From Malacoraja senta (lineage: Eukaryota), in the NCBI GenBank assembly GCA_038087875.1, contig CM075996.1:3970001-4034000 (forward strand): a DNA stretch of 64,000 nucleotides, read 5' to 3'. Below, in pieces: positions 1 through 12,264 of this stretch. The position numbers and the translations under genes are program-made. Position 1 is the stretch's first letter. Every line of letters starts with the position of its first letter. Below the pieces are notes generated by a model. It made no database searches. It had not been told where the DNA came from and saw only the letters and a program-made list of their open reading frames with translations.

Positions 1-275
1 AAGACCGAGATGAGAAAAAACTTGTTCACACAGAGAGTGGTGAATCTCTGGAACTCTCTGCCACAGAGGGTAGTTGAGGCCAGTTCATTGGCTATGTTTA
101 AGAGGGAGTTAGATGTGGCCCTTGTGGCTAAAGGGATCAGGGGGTATGGAGAGAAGGCAGGTACGGGATACTGAGTTGGATGATCAGCCATGATCATATT
201 GAATGGCGGTGCAGGCTCGAAGGGCCGAATGGCCTACTCCTGCACCTATTTTCTATGTATCTATGTATCTATGTA
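1..275 (+). mobile_element. CR1-type LINE 3' fragment (one of more than 20 in the window)
   Basis: Encodes [14 protein letters not shown]...FKRELD; 3' UTR ends in a short tandem tail (tctatgta)n. Confidence 0.9.
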
Positions 276-429
276 AATCTTTCCCATTATCATTTTGTTT
301 GTGGGATCCCACTGTGTACATTGGTTGCTAGGTTTCCTGCATGGCAACAATGACTTCCTCTCAGAAGCACTTTAGGATTCCTGAGAGCAAGAGAGGCACT
401 TGAAAAATGCAAGGTGATTGTTCTCGCCG

Positions 430-705
430 CCCACGGTGACGCAGCGGTAGAGACACTGCCTCACAGCGCCAGAGACCCGGGTCCGATCCTGACTACGGGT
501 GCTGTCTGTACGGAGTTTGTACCTTCTCCCCGTGACCTGCGTGGCTTTGTAGGTTAATTGGCTCGGTATACATGGAAATTGGCCCTAGTGTGTGTAGGGC
601 AGGTTTAGTGTGTGGGGATCGCTGGTCGGCGCGGACCCGGTGGGCCGAAGGGAGCCTGTTTCCATGCTGTATCTCAAAACCAAACTAAATAACTAAACTA
701 AACTA
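430..705 (+). mobile_element. HE1-like tRNA-derived SINE
   Basis: Degenerate A and B boxes, conserved central domain, CR1-like tail gggccgaaggg...ctgtatct and (actaa)n. Confidence 0.8.
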
Positions 706-767
706 AACGCCATCCTGACAAACATACTGACTGCAGAAGAGGTTAACTGGCTGTTTCAAAACTGTAG

Positions 768-1052
768 ATAGACACAAAATGCTGGAGTAACTCAGCATCA
801 TCTCTGGATAGAAGGGATGGGTGACGTTTTTCGGGCCGAGACCCTTCTTCAGGCTGAAGTCAGGGGAGAGGGAGGTATATAGATAAGGAAGGGCAAGGTG
901 TGAAAACGGGACATAGGGGATGGGGATCACGGCATTTCCCTCTCCTCTGACTTCAGTCCGAAGAAGGGTCTCAACCCGAAAAAGGTCATCCCATTCCTTC
1001 TCTCCAGAGGTGCTGCCTGTCCCGCTGAGTTACTCCAGCATTTTGCGTCTTT
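768..1052. mobile_element. Inverted pair of Penelope-derived terminal repeats
   Basis: About 770-872 is the reverse complement of about 937-1051; both arms carry the degenerate hammerhead-like motif. Confidence 0.75.
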
Positions 1053-1277
1053 CATCAGTTTAAACCAGCGTCTGCAGTTCCTTCCTACACATGTGTAAAA
1101 AACTGTGTTGGTGTTTCACAATCGCCAATGCGTTCTATCTGTGTGGGACATTTGCAACTGCCTCCACGCAGATAAGCAACGTTGGAAAGGAGATACAACA
1201 CACCCTCCCAACTCGGCCAATCACTGCCTCCAGGTCCCACCGCCTTCCCTACAACCAGGCCCCTCGCTCCTCACATC

Positions 1278-1280
<3 letters not shown>

Positions 1281-1312
<32 letters not shown>
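1281..1312. repeat. (TC)n microsatellite
   Basis: Directly visible. Confidence 0.95.
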
Positions 1313-1317
<5 letters not shown>

Positions 1318-4059
1318 CCGAGGAGGAGGATATTGACCTGGAAAGACTAACGTTCTCCTCAATGTCAAAAATTGTTTGTTCATTTCCGAGAGTATTTATG
1401 TTCAGCAAAGTGACACACAAACCCTTTCACAGAATATGTGCAGGAAGGAAGTGCAGATGCTGGTTTAAACCGAAGATAGACACAAAAAGCTGGGGTAACT
1501 CAGCGGCGAAAGGCGGCATCTCTGGAGAGAAGGAATAGGTGACGTTTCGGGTCGAGACCCTTTCTTCAGGTCAGGAATAGATCGGATAGCGCACAGTCTC
1601 TTGCCCAGAGTGTGGGAATCGAGAACCAGCGGACATAGGTTTAAAGTGAAGGGGGAAAGATTAGATAGGAACCTGAGAGGTAACTTTTTCACACAAAAGG
1701 TGATGGGTGTATGGAACGAGCTGCCAGAGGTGGTAGTTGAGGCAGAGGGACTATTGCAACGTTTAAGAAGCAATTAGGTGCATGGATACAACAAGTTTAG
1801 AGGGATATGGGCCAAATGCAGGCAGGTGGGACTAGTGTAGATGGGACATGTTGGTCAGTGTGGGCAAGTTGGGCCGAAGGGCCTTTTCACATGCTGTTTG
1901 GCTAAGTGAATGAAAATCAAAGCAGGTTCAGAAGTCGAATTGAGCTGGTAGATTCACCTCCACACCTCCCAGAAGCAGCTACAAGACCAGAGGGGCACAG
2001 TAGCTTAGCTACTACCGCCTCACAGCACCCTGTTTATTCCTGACCGTGGGCCTGTCTGTGTGGAGTTTGCACGTTCTCACCTCTGGGTCTCCGGTTTCCT
2101 TCCACCTCCCATCAGATGGCGGCAGGGTGGCACAGTGGTAGAGTCGCCTCCTTACAGCGCTTACAGCGCTAGAGACCCGCGTTCGATCCCGACCACGGGT
2201 GCTGTCTGTACCGAGTTTGTATGTTCTCCCCGTGACCTGCGTGGGTTTTCCCCAAGACCTTTGGTTTCCTCCCACACTCCAAAGACGCGCAGGTTTGTAG
2301 GTTAATTGGCTTGGTGTAAATGTAAAATTGTCCCGAGTGTTTCATAAGGTCATAAGTAATAGGAGCAGAATTAGGCCATTCAGCCCATTCAAGTCTACTC
2401 CGCCATTCAATCATGGCTGATCTATCTCTCCCTCCTAACCCCATTCTCCTGCCTTCTCCCCATAGCCCCTGACACCCGTAGTAATCAAGTGTGTTTAAGA
2501 AGGAACTGCAGATGCTGGAAAATCGAAGGTAGACAAGTGCTGGAGAAACTTGCTGCACCTGATCATCAAGTGTGTGTAGGATAGTGTTGGTGTGCTGGGG
2601 ATCGCTGGTCGGCGCGGACTTGGTGGGCCGAAGGGCCTGTTTCCCCGGCGTATCTCTAAACCAAACTGAGTGAGACTAAATCCCAAAGGCTTGCTAGGTT
2701 AATAGGCCACTGTAAATGGCCCCCTAGTGCGTAAGCGAGCGATAGAATCTGTGAGAGCGGAGAGAGAATATAAAGACTGGGATGAGTAGAAATGGGCGAA
2801 CGACAGCTGGCGCAGACACAGTGGGCTGTGAGGATCAGGGGATGAAGGGACATGGGGAGAAAGCAGGGATGGGGTACTGATTCTGGATGATCAGCCATGA
2901 TCACATTGAATGGCGGTGCTGGCTCGAAGGGGCCGAATGGCCTACACCTGCACCTATTGTCTATGCTTTTACATTTCTATGGTATCCTCTGAGTGTTCCA
3001 GTTTCCTCCCACATCTCAAAGACTTGTGGGTTGGTAGTTTAATTGGCTCTGTCTGTAAATTGTCCCAAGCATGTGGGGTTAGACATAAAATGCTGGAGTG
3101 ACTCAGCGGGACAGGCAGCATCTCTGGCGAGAAGGAACGGGTGACGTTTCGGATGGAGACCCTTCTCCGGACTCGAAACCCATTCCTTCTCTCCTGAGAT
3201 GCTGCCTGTCCCGTTGAGTTACTCCAGCATTTAAAAAAAAAAAAAATTTTTAATAAAAATATTTTTATTAGAAGCTTGTATACAAATAATAGTAAGCGAC
3301 AATTTAATTACAGATTTTTTACATAGCTTCAGTTTTAAAAAAAAATGTTTTTTTTTAAAGAATAAAGATAAAGAGAGAAAAAGATGAGAGAAAGTAATAG
3401 AGAGAAAAAGGAGATACCGAAGGAAATTACAAATAACGAGATTGTGGAGAATGATCCAGGAAATGTTTTTTTTTTATTTTTTTAATATTTTTATTTATTA
3501 GAAGCAAAGAAAAGAAAGAAAAAGCAAGAAAGAGAAAAAGTGAGAGGTGCAAAGATAGAACTCCTAGACTACCAAAGTGGACAAAGGACAAAGGACAAAG
3601 GACAATTATTGTCACATACACCAAATGGTGTAGTGAAATTTGTTCTTGCCATGCAGCACAAATTAGACACAACATTAAAGAAATTTAACATAAAACATAA
3701 AAACATCCCCCCACAATGGTCCCCACTGTGGGGGAAGGCACAGAGTCCAGTCCCCATCCCATGTCCACCCATAGTTGGGCCTATGGAGGCCTCCACAGTC
3801 GCCTTCATGGAGGCCCAATGTTCCAGGCCGTTCTTGCCGGGTGATGGTGCTCCGGTGTCGGGAGAACCCTCTCAGCGGCCAAAGAGTGAATAAAAGAAAG
3901 AAAGAAGAGAGGAATAGAAAAAAAAATAAAAGGACAAAAAGAAAAAGAGAGAGAAAAGTGGTGATCTACCTGCCTCTCGTCCCTCCCCACCCACCTCACC
4001 CAACCCGTAATTAGATTTAAATCCAAAGTTGTATTGCGCCATAAATCCGGGAAATGTTT

Positions 4060-4452
4060 TTTAAAAATAATTTAATTTTATTAGAAGTGAGTACAGTAAT
4101 ATGGCACCAATGTGCCTAATATATATTGACATGTTGCATTTTATGTACAGCTTCTTATTTTTATTATTATTATTATTTTTTTAATCCGTGAAATGTTGAG
4201 TATAACTATTCATCCCAAACTCAGGTTCCAGCCCTGATTCTGTGTTAAACCAATTTACTTTTTCAAAAATTCAATAAACGGAGACTATATTCTAACAAAA
4301 AATTCTGGTTTGTCAATTAAGACAAATCTTTTTTTTTCCAAATGCAAGGTCTCAGTCATTTCTGTAATCCACATTTTAATTGTGGGGGCTGCTGTTTTTT
4401 TTCCAAAATTTTAGTATTAATTTTTATCGCAGTTATTAGACTGTAATCAAGA
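4060..4452 (-). mobile_element. L1/Tx1-type LINE 3' fragment
   Basis: Minus strand translates LILKFWK...PTIKMWITEM...LEK...F...SPFIEFL, typical of a fish L1 ORF2 C-terminus, with a stop and frameshifts. Confidence 0.7.
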
Positions 4453-4504
4453 AATCGTCTCTGACTACTCCAGCATTTTGTGTCTGTTCCAGTGCTTCAG
4501 CACT

Positions 4505-4960
4505 GGGTTTCAGCACCTAAGTTACAGAGAAAGGTTGAACAAGTTAGGTCTTTATTCTTTGGAGCGCAGAAGGTTAAGGGGGGACTTGATAGAGGTCTTT
4601 AAAATTATGAGAGGGATAGACAGAGTTGACGTGGATAAGCTTTTTCCATTGGGAGTAGGGAAGATTCAAACAAGAGGACATGATTTGAGAATTAAGGGAC
4701 AGAAGTTTAGGGGTAACATGAGGGGGAACTTCTTTACTCAGAGAGTGGTAGCTGTGTGGAATGAGCTTCCAGTGGAAGTGGTGGAGGCAGGTTCGATTTT
4801 ATCATTTAAAAATAAATTGGATAGGTATATGGACGGGAAAGGAATGGAGGGTTATGGTCTGAGTGCAGGTAGATGGGATTAGGTGAGAGTAAGTGTTCGG
4901 CACGGACTAGAAGGGCCGAGATGGCCTGTTTCCGTGCTGTAATTGTTATATGGTTATATT
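4505..4960 (+). mobile_element. CR1 LINE 3' fragment
   Basis: LSYRERLNKLGLYSLERRRLRGDLIEVFK...FFTQRVVAVWNELP. Confidence 0.92.
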
Positions 4961-5212
4961 CTCAGACTGACTGCCCTAACCTTTCTGTGAACGAAGGGCC
5001 TGTTTCCCCATGCTCTGTCTCTCGTTAACTCTGTGACTTCCGTCTCGGGACCTTGGCAATCTGCACTGCTCCAGATCTCACCACGGCCCGACCCTGCCTT
5101 CATCGAGCGGGTGGGGGGGGTGCGTGATAAGGAGGGTGTTTTCTGTGGAGTGAGCAGAAGTCAGCCAGGACCAGGCCGCAACGTACCGGAGGATCCCCAC
5201 ATCTCTGCCCCC

Positions 5213-5314
5213 ATGCTGTCGCAGGTCAGGCACAACTTCCACCCGGAATGCGAACTGTCGATCAACAAGCTGGTCAGCCTCAAGTACTACACCTCCTACG
5301 TGAACCTTGCCATG
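5213..5314 (+). CDS. Ferritin coding exon 1
   Basis: ATG at 5213, MLSQVRHNF...NLAM, donor GTAAAG at 5315. Confidence 0.92.
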
Positions 5315-8300
5315 GTAAAGCCGTCCCCCTTCGCGTTTAAGATTTAGCAAAATGTTGCATCTCCGAGATCTTCGGGTTTAGTCCATTATTGTCGCGTGGG
5401 GCGAGGTACAGCGAAATGCTTTTGTTGTGCGTTAGACACAAAAAGCTGGAGTACTGATACTCGGTGGCGCAGCGGTGGAGTTGCTGCCGTACAGCAAAAT
5501 GCAGCGCCAGAGACCCGGGTTCGATCCCGACTACGGGTGCTGTCTGTACGGAGTTTGCACGTTCTCCCCGTGATCTGCGTGGGTTTTTCTCCGAGATCTT
5601 CGGTTTCATCCCACACTCCAAAGACGTGCAGGTTTGTAGGTTAATTGGCTTGATAAATGTAAAAATAATGTCCAGTGCTGAGTGATGCCCTACCTGGAGC
5701 ATTTCAGCGTACTACATCCAGATCCAGGTCCAGTGACTCAGCAGGACGGGCAGCATGAGGGAGTGCAGCGTAGGTTGACAAGGTTAATTCCCGGGATGGT
5801 GGGACTGTCGTACGCTGAGAGAATGGAACGGCTGGGCTTGTACATTCTGGAGTTGAGTGTTTGGACACACTAGAGGCAGGACACATGTTCCCGATGTTGG
5901 GGGGAGTCCAGAACCAGGGGCCACAGTTTAAGAATAAGGGGTAAGCCATTTAGAACGGAGACGAGGAAACACTTTTTCACACAGTGAGTTAGTTGTGAGT
6001 CTGTGGAATTCTCTGCCTCAGAGGGCGGTGGAGGCAGGTTCTCCGGATTCTTTCAAGAGAGAGCTAGATAGGGCTCTTAAAGATAACGGAGTCAGGGGAT
6101 ATGGGGAGAAGGCAGAAATGAGGTACTGATTGGGGATGATCAGCCATGATCACATTGAATGGCTCAAAGGGCGGAATGGCCTACTCCTGCACCTATTGTC
6201 TATTGTCTATTGTCATCTCTGGAGAGAAGGATTGGGTGACATTTCAGGTCGAGACCCTTCATGCCATCCAGTCAGCAGAAAGACAATGCATGTTTGCAAT
6301 CGAGCCATTTACAGTGTACAGACACATGATAAGGGAATAACGTTTAGTGCAAGGTAAAGCCAGCGTGGTTAAAATAAGGAATGTTGCCGTAGGAATAGAG
6401 ATTTAAGCGAGTGGGGCGATCGTAATATCAGTAATATGGGTTTCGTCCCACACTCCAAAGACGTCCAGGTTTGCAGGTTAATTAGCTTGGTTTAAATGTA
6501 AATTGCCCCTACTGTGTGCAGGGTAGTGTTGGTGTGCGGGGATCGCTGGTCGGTGCAGACTCGGTGGGCCGAAGGGCCTGTTTCCGTGTTGTATCACTAA
6601 ACTAAACTAAGCTAAACCTGCCTACGATTTCAATTTAAAGTGTGAAATTGTCCAGTGATGGCTTTAAAATCTGTGGTCGCACCTTGTAGAGTATAGCTGC
6701 TAATTAACAGTTTTATTTCAGGAGATGCTGTGTATGTTTTGGGGTCAGTGTAAGTCTGCTGGACATTTGCTACTGAGGGAAGGTTTTTCTATTTTAATGA
6801 AGCAAGACCAACAGTCTGATGAAGGGTCTCAACCCAAAACGTCACCCATTCCTACTCTCCAGAGATGCTGCCTGTCCCGTTGAATTACTCCAGCATTTTG
6901 TGTCTATCTTCGGTGTAAAGCAGCATCTGCAGTTCCTTCCCATATATATATGAGTGCATGTGCGTGCGTGTGTGCGTGCGTGTGTGGGTGTGCGTGTGGG
7001 TGTGTATGTGTGTTGTGCGTGTGCGTGTGTGTGTGTGTGTGCGTGTGCGTGTGTGTGTGTGGATGGGTGTTGGTGCGAGCGTGTGTTTGTGTGTGTGTGC
7101 AGGAGTGTGTGTGTGAGCGTGCGTGTGTGTGAGTGTGCGTGTGTGTGCATGTTAGTGTGAGTGTGTGCGTGTGTGTGCATGTGCGTGTTTGTGTGCGTGC
7201 GTGTGCATTTGGGTGTGTGTGTGTGTGTGGAAAGATGGTGTAAGGCAGCAACTCTACCGCTGCGCCAGAGTGCATTTTCGGAGATGCTGCCTGGCCCTCC
7301 GAGTTACTCCAGCACTTTGTGTCTTTGTTTGTAAACCAGCGTCTGCGGTTCCTTGGTTCCTTGGTTCCTCAGGTTCAGATTGAAGAGGTCCGCCACTCCT
7401 GAAGGGGAATACATTGTTCTGTTTTGCAGTCGTTCTACTTCGAACGGGACGATGTGGCGCTGGAGAACTTCGCAAAGTCTTTCCGCGAGATGTCCGCGGC
7501 CGAGCGGCAGCAGGCGGACAAACTCATCGACTTCCAGACCCAGCGGGGGGGTCGAGTCCAGCTGCAGGATATCGAGGTGAGTTCGGTCACCACTTCCCCC
7601 ACCTCCTCGCACCCCTCCCTGGCCCCATCATTCCACGGAGACTGGTGACCCTCCAACTATCAGATACAGAGATACAGCACGGAAACAGGCCCTTCGGCCC
7701 ACCTGGCCCGTGCCGACCAGCGATCCCCGCACACTAACACTACCCTAGACACACTAGGGGGCAATTTACAATTTTTACCGAAGCCAATTAACCTACAAAC
7801 CTGCACGCCTTTGGAGTGTGGGAGGAAACCTGTGCACCCGGAGAAAGCCCACGCAGGTCACGGGGAGAGCGTACAAACCCCGTACCGACAAGCACACGCA
7901 GTCAGGATCGAACCCGGGTCTCTGGCGCCGTCAGGCAGCAACTCTACCGCTGCGCCACCGTGCCGTTCCCTCTAAAGTAGAATCTTAATTCTGTCTTACA
8001 CAGAAACCTGCCAAGAGTGAGTGGTGGAATGGGCTGGAGGCCACACAGGATGCCCTGGAATTACAGAAAAACGTCAGCAAGTCTCTCCTTGATCTGCACC
8101 AGCTGGCAACTGATAAAGAGGATCCGCAGGTGACGAGAATTACCTGTACCCTAGAGAGGGTGTTCACTGTCGATGGGATATCTGGTCTAGACCAAGTACC
8201 ATGTTCAGTCTGGTGGGCTAGCGGAATCAAGGGATATGGGGAGAAAGCAGGAACGGGGTACTGATTCTGGATGGTCAGCCATGATCACATTGAATGGCGG

Positions 8301-9590
8301 TGCTGGCTCGAAGGGCTGAATGGCCAGCACCTATTTTTCTATGTTTCTATGTTTCTAGAATGTTACAATTTCTCGTAAGGGGGAATGAATACAACAGTAA
8401 CATCGTGCTTCAGTTTCAATGGGACCTTCTCTGCAGTAGAGTCAACAATGTTGGCCACTTTTTATTAAGAAAGGATCTTCAAGCATTGGAAACATTACAA
8501 AGAAGAATGATTAGACCAATATCTAGAATGTCCAATGTCTTGTCATGAGAACATGTTGAATAGCCTGAGATTAGTTTAGTTTAGAGATACAGCGCGGAAG
8601 CAGGCTCACCGAGTCCGCACCGACCAGCGATCCCTGCACATTAACGCTACTCTACACACCCTAGGGACAATTTTACATTTATATCAAGTCAATTAACCTA
8701 CACACCTGTACGTCTTTGGAGAGTGGGAGGAAACCCCAGATCTCGGAGTAAACCCACGCAGGTCACGGGGAGAACGTACAAACTCCGTACAGACAGCACC
8801 CGTGGTCAGGATCGAACCCGGGTCTCTGGCGCTGTAGGGCAGCAACTCTACCGCTACGTCATCGAGCCACCGTGCATGGGTGTGTAAAGATGTCCCATCT
8901 TGGCAGGAATGCAGAGTTGCAGTTACTCTCAGATCAGGCAAGATCTTATTAAATGACAGTACAGCTAGATGGGCTGAGTGGCCTATTCCTGCTCCTGTGG
9001 TGTATTTACCAGATGCACCATACTAATCCATTGACCTTCACAGATACTGTTGCCCGGAGCTAATACATTCATATGTACATAAGTGATAGGAGCAGAATTA
9101 GGCCATTCGGCCTATCAAGTCTACTCCGCCATTCAATCATGGCTGATCTATCTCTCCCTCTCAACCCCATTCTCCTGCCTTCTCCCCATAACCCCTGGCA
9201 CCCGCACTAATCAAGAATCTATCGGTCTCTGCTGTAAAAATAATCGTTGACTCGGCCTCCACAGCCTTCTGCGGCAATGAATTCCACAGATTCAACACCC
9301 TCTGACTAAAGAAATTCCTCCTCATCTCCTTCCTGGAGGAACGTCCTTTAATTCTGAGGCTGCGCCCTCTGGTCCTAGACTCTCCGCACTTGGTAATCTT
9401 GTTGCGTGAAGTTAATCCTAATTTTTCTTTTTTTTTCCAGCTGTGCAGTTTCCTGGAGTCCAATTTCTTGAACGTCAACGTGGAATTCATGAAGACGCTG
9501 GGAGACCACATCACGAGCCTGAAGGGACTGAGTGCGGACCGGGCCGGTGGCATGGGCGAGTACCTGTTTGACAAGCACACCCTTGAATGA
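5213..9590 (+). CDS. Ferritin, lower (L-type) subunit-like; join(5213..5314,7430..7576,8004..8129,9441..9590), 174 aa
   Basis: Spliced translation [174 protein letters not shown]. Ferritin motifs RDDVAL, QRGGR, DPxLC and [10 protein letters not shown]. Three phase-0 GT-AG introns and exon sizes 102/147/126/150 match vertebrate ferritin genes. Confidence 0.96.
6955..7228. repeat. Imperfect (TG)n microsatellite
   Basis: Directly visible. Confidence 0.95.
7430..7576 (+). CDS. Ferritin coding exon 2
   Basis: Acceptor gttttgcag, [11 protein letters not shown]...[12 protein letters not shown], donor GTGAGT; 147 nt. Confidence 0.96.
8004..8129 (+). CDS. Ferritin coding exon 3
   Basis: Acceptor cttacacag, KPAKSEW...KEDPQ, donor GTGACG; 126 nt. 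Confidence 0.96.
9441..9590 (+). CDS. Ferritin coding exon 4
   Basis: Poly-T tract plus ccag acceptor, LCSFLES...YLFDKHTLE, stop TGA. Confidence 0.96.
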   Translation: MCSFLESNFLNVNVEFMKTLGDHITSLKGLSADRAGGMGEYLFDKHTLE

Positions 9591-9725
9591 AGGGTCTTGG
9601 CTGTGGAAGCAAGCCATCACCTTCCATACCTCTCTCCACCCAAATGAGCTGTCTTTACAACCAAAGTATCTTACACTGAATGTTAAGACGTGTGTCTCAG
9701 AAAACAAGGCTACTTTTATTGATGT

Positions 9726-9731
9726 AATAAA
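9726..9731 (+). promoter_or_regulatory. Polyadenylation signal of the ferritin gene
   Basis: AATAAA about 135 nt after the stop codon, in unique sequence. Confidence 0.7.
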
Positions 9732-9886
9732 TGTTTCCAGAAAACAAAATGGCCGTCTGATAAGGTCAACATCTCCGAACACCTTGACTACTAAGAAGAT
9801 CAATAACTTTGAAGCATCTCCCCCACTTCACCAGTTTCCTTTCCATATAATAAGTCCGTAAGCTCATAAGCACGGGCGCGCAATGG

Positions 9887-10532
9887 TAGTCAAGTCAAGT
9901 CAAGTCAAGTCACATTTATTTATATAGCACATTTAAAAAACAACTCTCGTTGGCCAAAGTGCTTTACATTTGTTATAAGAATAGTATAAACAAACAAACT
10001 ACATACATATATACATGTAGCCCTCGCTCAGAGGACGTCAAGAAAGGCTTGGGAGTATAGATATGTTTTTAGTCTTGACTTAAAGGAGTCGATGGAGGGG
10101 GCAGTTCTGATGGGAAAGGGGATGCTGTTCCACAGTCTAGGAGCTGCAACCGCAAAGGCGCGTTCGCCCCTGAGCTTATGCCTAGACCGCGGGATATTCA
10201 GCAACCCCAAGTCGGCCGATCTGAGGGACCTGGAGGTGGAGTGGTGGGTGAGCAGACTTTTTATGTAGGTGGGGGCAAGCCCGTTGAGGGCTTTGTAGAC
10301 ATGGAGGAGGATCTTGAAGTTTATACGGAACCGCACAGGGAGCCAGTGGAGAGAGGCCAGGATCGGGGTGATGTGGTCCCTTTTTCGGGTGCCCGTCAGG
10401 AGTCTCGCTGCGGCGTTTTGGACCAGTTGCAGGCGGGACATGGAAGATTGGCTGATGCCAGTGTAGAGGGAGTTGCAGTAATCGAGGCGGGAGGAGATAA
10501 ATGTGTGGATGATCCTTTCGAGGTCATCAAAC
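9887..10532 (-). mobile_element. L2 LINE 3' fragment
   Basis: [15 protein letters not shown]...QNAAARLL...LHWLPV...APRLWNS; (TTGAC)n tail. Confidence 0.92.
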
Positions 10533-10930
10533 TGGAGTTGCTGCCTTACAATGCCAGAGACCTGGGTGTCGATTCTGACCAGGGGTGCTGTCCGTCTCCC
10601 CGTGACCTGCGGGATCTCTGGCTCCCTCCCACACTCCAAAGACGTACAGGTTTGTACATTAATTGGCTTTGATATAATTGTAAATTGTCCCTAGCATGCG
10701 GGATAGTGTTAGTGTGCGGGGATCGCTGGTCGGCGTGGACTTGGCGGGCTGAAGTTGGGTCATAGCTTGAGCACTGTGAACAGTTCTGGACGCCACGTTA
10801 TGGGAAATATTTGATTGCAATGGAGAGATTCATGAAGTTGGTGCTGCAAGTAAGAATTTCACTCTTCCCTTTTTTAGACGAATGACAATAAAACATTCTT
10901 GACTTTAGTTTAGTTTAGTTTATAGAGATA

Positions 10931-11167
10931 CAGCGTGGAAACAGGCCCTTTGGCCCACTGAGTCCGCACCGACCAGCCATCATACAGTCATTGAGTGATG
11001 CAGCGTGGAAACAGGCCCTTTGGCCCACTGAGTCCGCACCGACCAGCCATCATACAGTCATTGAGTGATGCAGCGTGGAAACAGGCCCTTTGGCCCACTG
11101 AGTCCGCACCGACCAGCCATCATACAGTCATAGAGTGATGCAGCGTGGAAACAGGCCCTTCGGCCCA
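10931..11167. repeat. 70-bp tandem repeat (3.4 copies) built from SINE and CR1 tails
   Basis: Unit starting cagcgtggaaacaggccc recurs at 10931, 11001, 11071 and 11141. Confidence 0.92.
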
Positions 11168-12264
11168 ACTAACCCACACCGGCCAACAATGTCCCAGCTA
11201 CACTAGTCCCACCTGCCTGCGCTTGGTCCATATCCCTCCAAACTTGTCCTATCCATGTACCTGTCTAACTGTTTCTTAAACGTTGGGATAGTCCCAGCCT
11301 CAACTACCTTCTCTGGCAGCTTGTTCCATACACCCACCACCCTTTGTGTGAAAAAGTTACCCCTCAGATTCCTAGTAAATCTTTTCCCCCTTCAGCTTGA
11401 ACCTATGTCCTCTGGTCCCTCGATTCCCCTACTCTGGGCAAGAGACTCTGTGCGTCTACCCGATCTATTCCTCTCACGAGTTACTCCTGCTTTTTTTATT
11501 CCTAACTTCGGCTTATACCAGCATCTGCAGTTTCTTCGTACACACTAGTATTCGGCTATTTTCTGCCACTGTCGCGTGAAGGTTGGGTTATTCGCCAAAT
11601 CCTGGCTCCCGCACTCCCGCCACTAGATAGCGCTGTGGGCTGCCATCCCATTGATTCCAATGGTGATGGAATTAGCAGGCACGCGAGCAGGCAGAGGGGC
11701 GCTGTCCACTGTCCCCAAACACACTCCCCCCCCCCCTCTCTTCCACCCCCCCCTTGCACCCTCGCACACCCTCGGTCAGGTTGCGGCGCCGGGAACAAAG
11801 GAGGACCCGGCGTGGGGGGACCACCATAGAAACATTGAAAATAAGTGCAAGAGTCGGCCATTCGGCCCTTCGAGCTAGCACCGCCATTCAATCATGGCTG
11901 ATCATCCAATATCAGTACCCCGTTCCTGCTTTCTCCCCATATCCCTTGATTCTGTTAACCCTAAGAGCTAAATCTAACTCTCTCTTGAAAACAATGGAAG
12001 GGGAGGGAGGCACGGGGAGGGGGAGGAAGAGGGGGGGGGGAAGAACAAAGAAGGGACCTTGCGCGGAGGATACTCTGTAACTTTGTCAGCGTCCTTTATG
12101 TGGCGACTATTTGCATACCTTGGGAATGCAAGCAAAGAATTTCACTGTGCCTTGTCAGATGTGACAAAGTATTCATTCATTCGTTCATTCATTCATCCAT
12201 TCATTTGTTCGTTCCTTCATTCCCTGCAGCTCTTTGATGTCTCCACCCCATCCTCCACTCTCTC

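Noticed and set aside
1091..1336. ORF MCKKLCWCFTIANAFYLCGTFATA as a signal peptide
   Set aside because: No GT donor at a suitable position; the ATG overlaps a repeat tail and the ORF runs into a microsatellite.
4484..4506. CAGTGC upstream of ferritin as an iron-responsive element
   Set aside because: The 5 nt on each side of the loop (TGTTC / TTCAG) do not pair; the actual hairpin (CCAGTGC-TTCA-GCACTGG) buries CAGTG in its stem and sits at a repeat junction.
5140..5160. Hairpin with a GAGTGA-containing loop as a non-canonical IRE
   Set aside because: No bulged C and wrong loop register.
10931..11167. Regular repeats as a CRISPR-like array (also 63488-63597)
   Set aside because: Head-to-tail units with no unique spacers, eukaryotic context, no cas genes.
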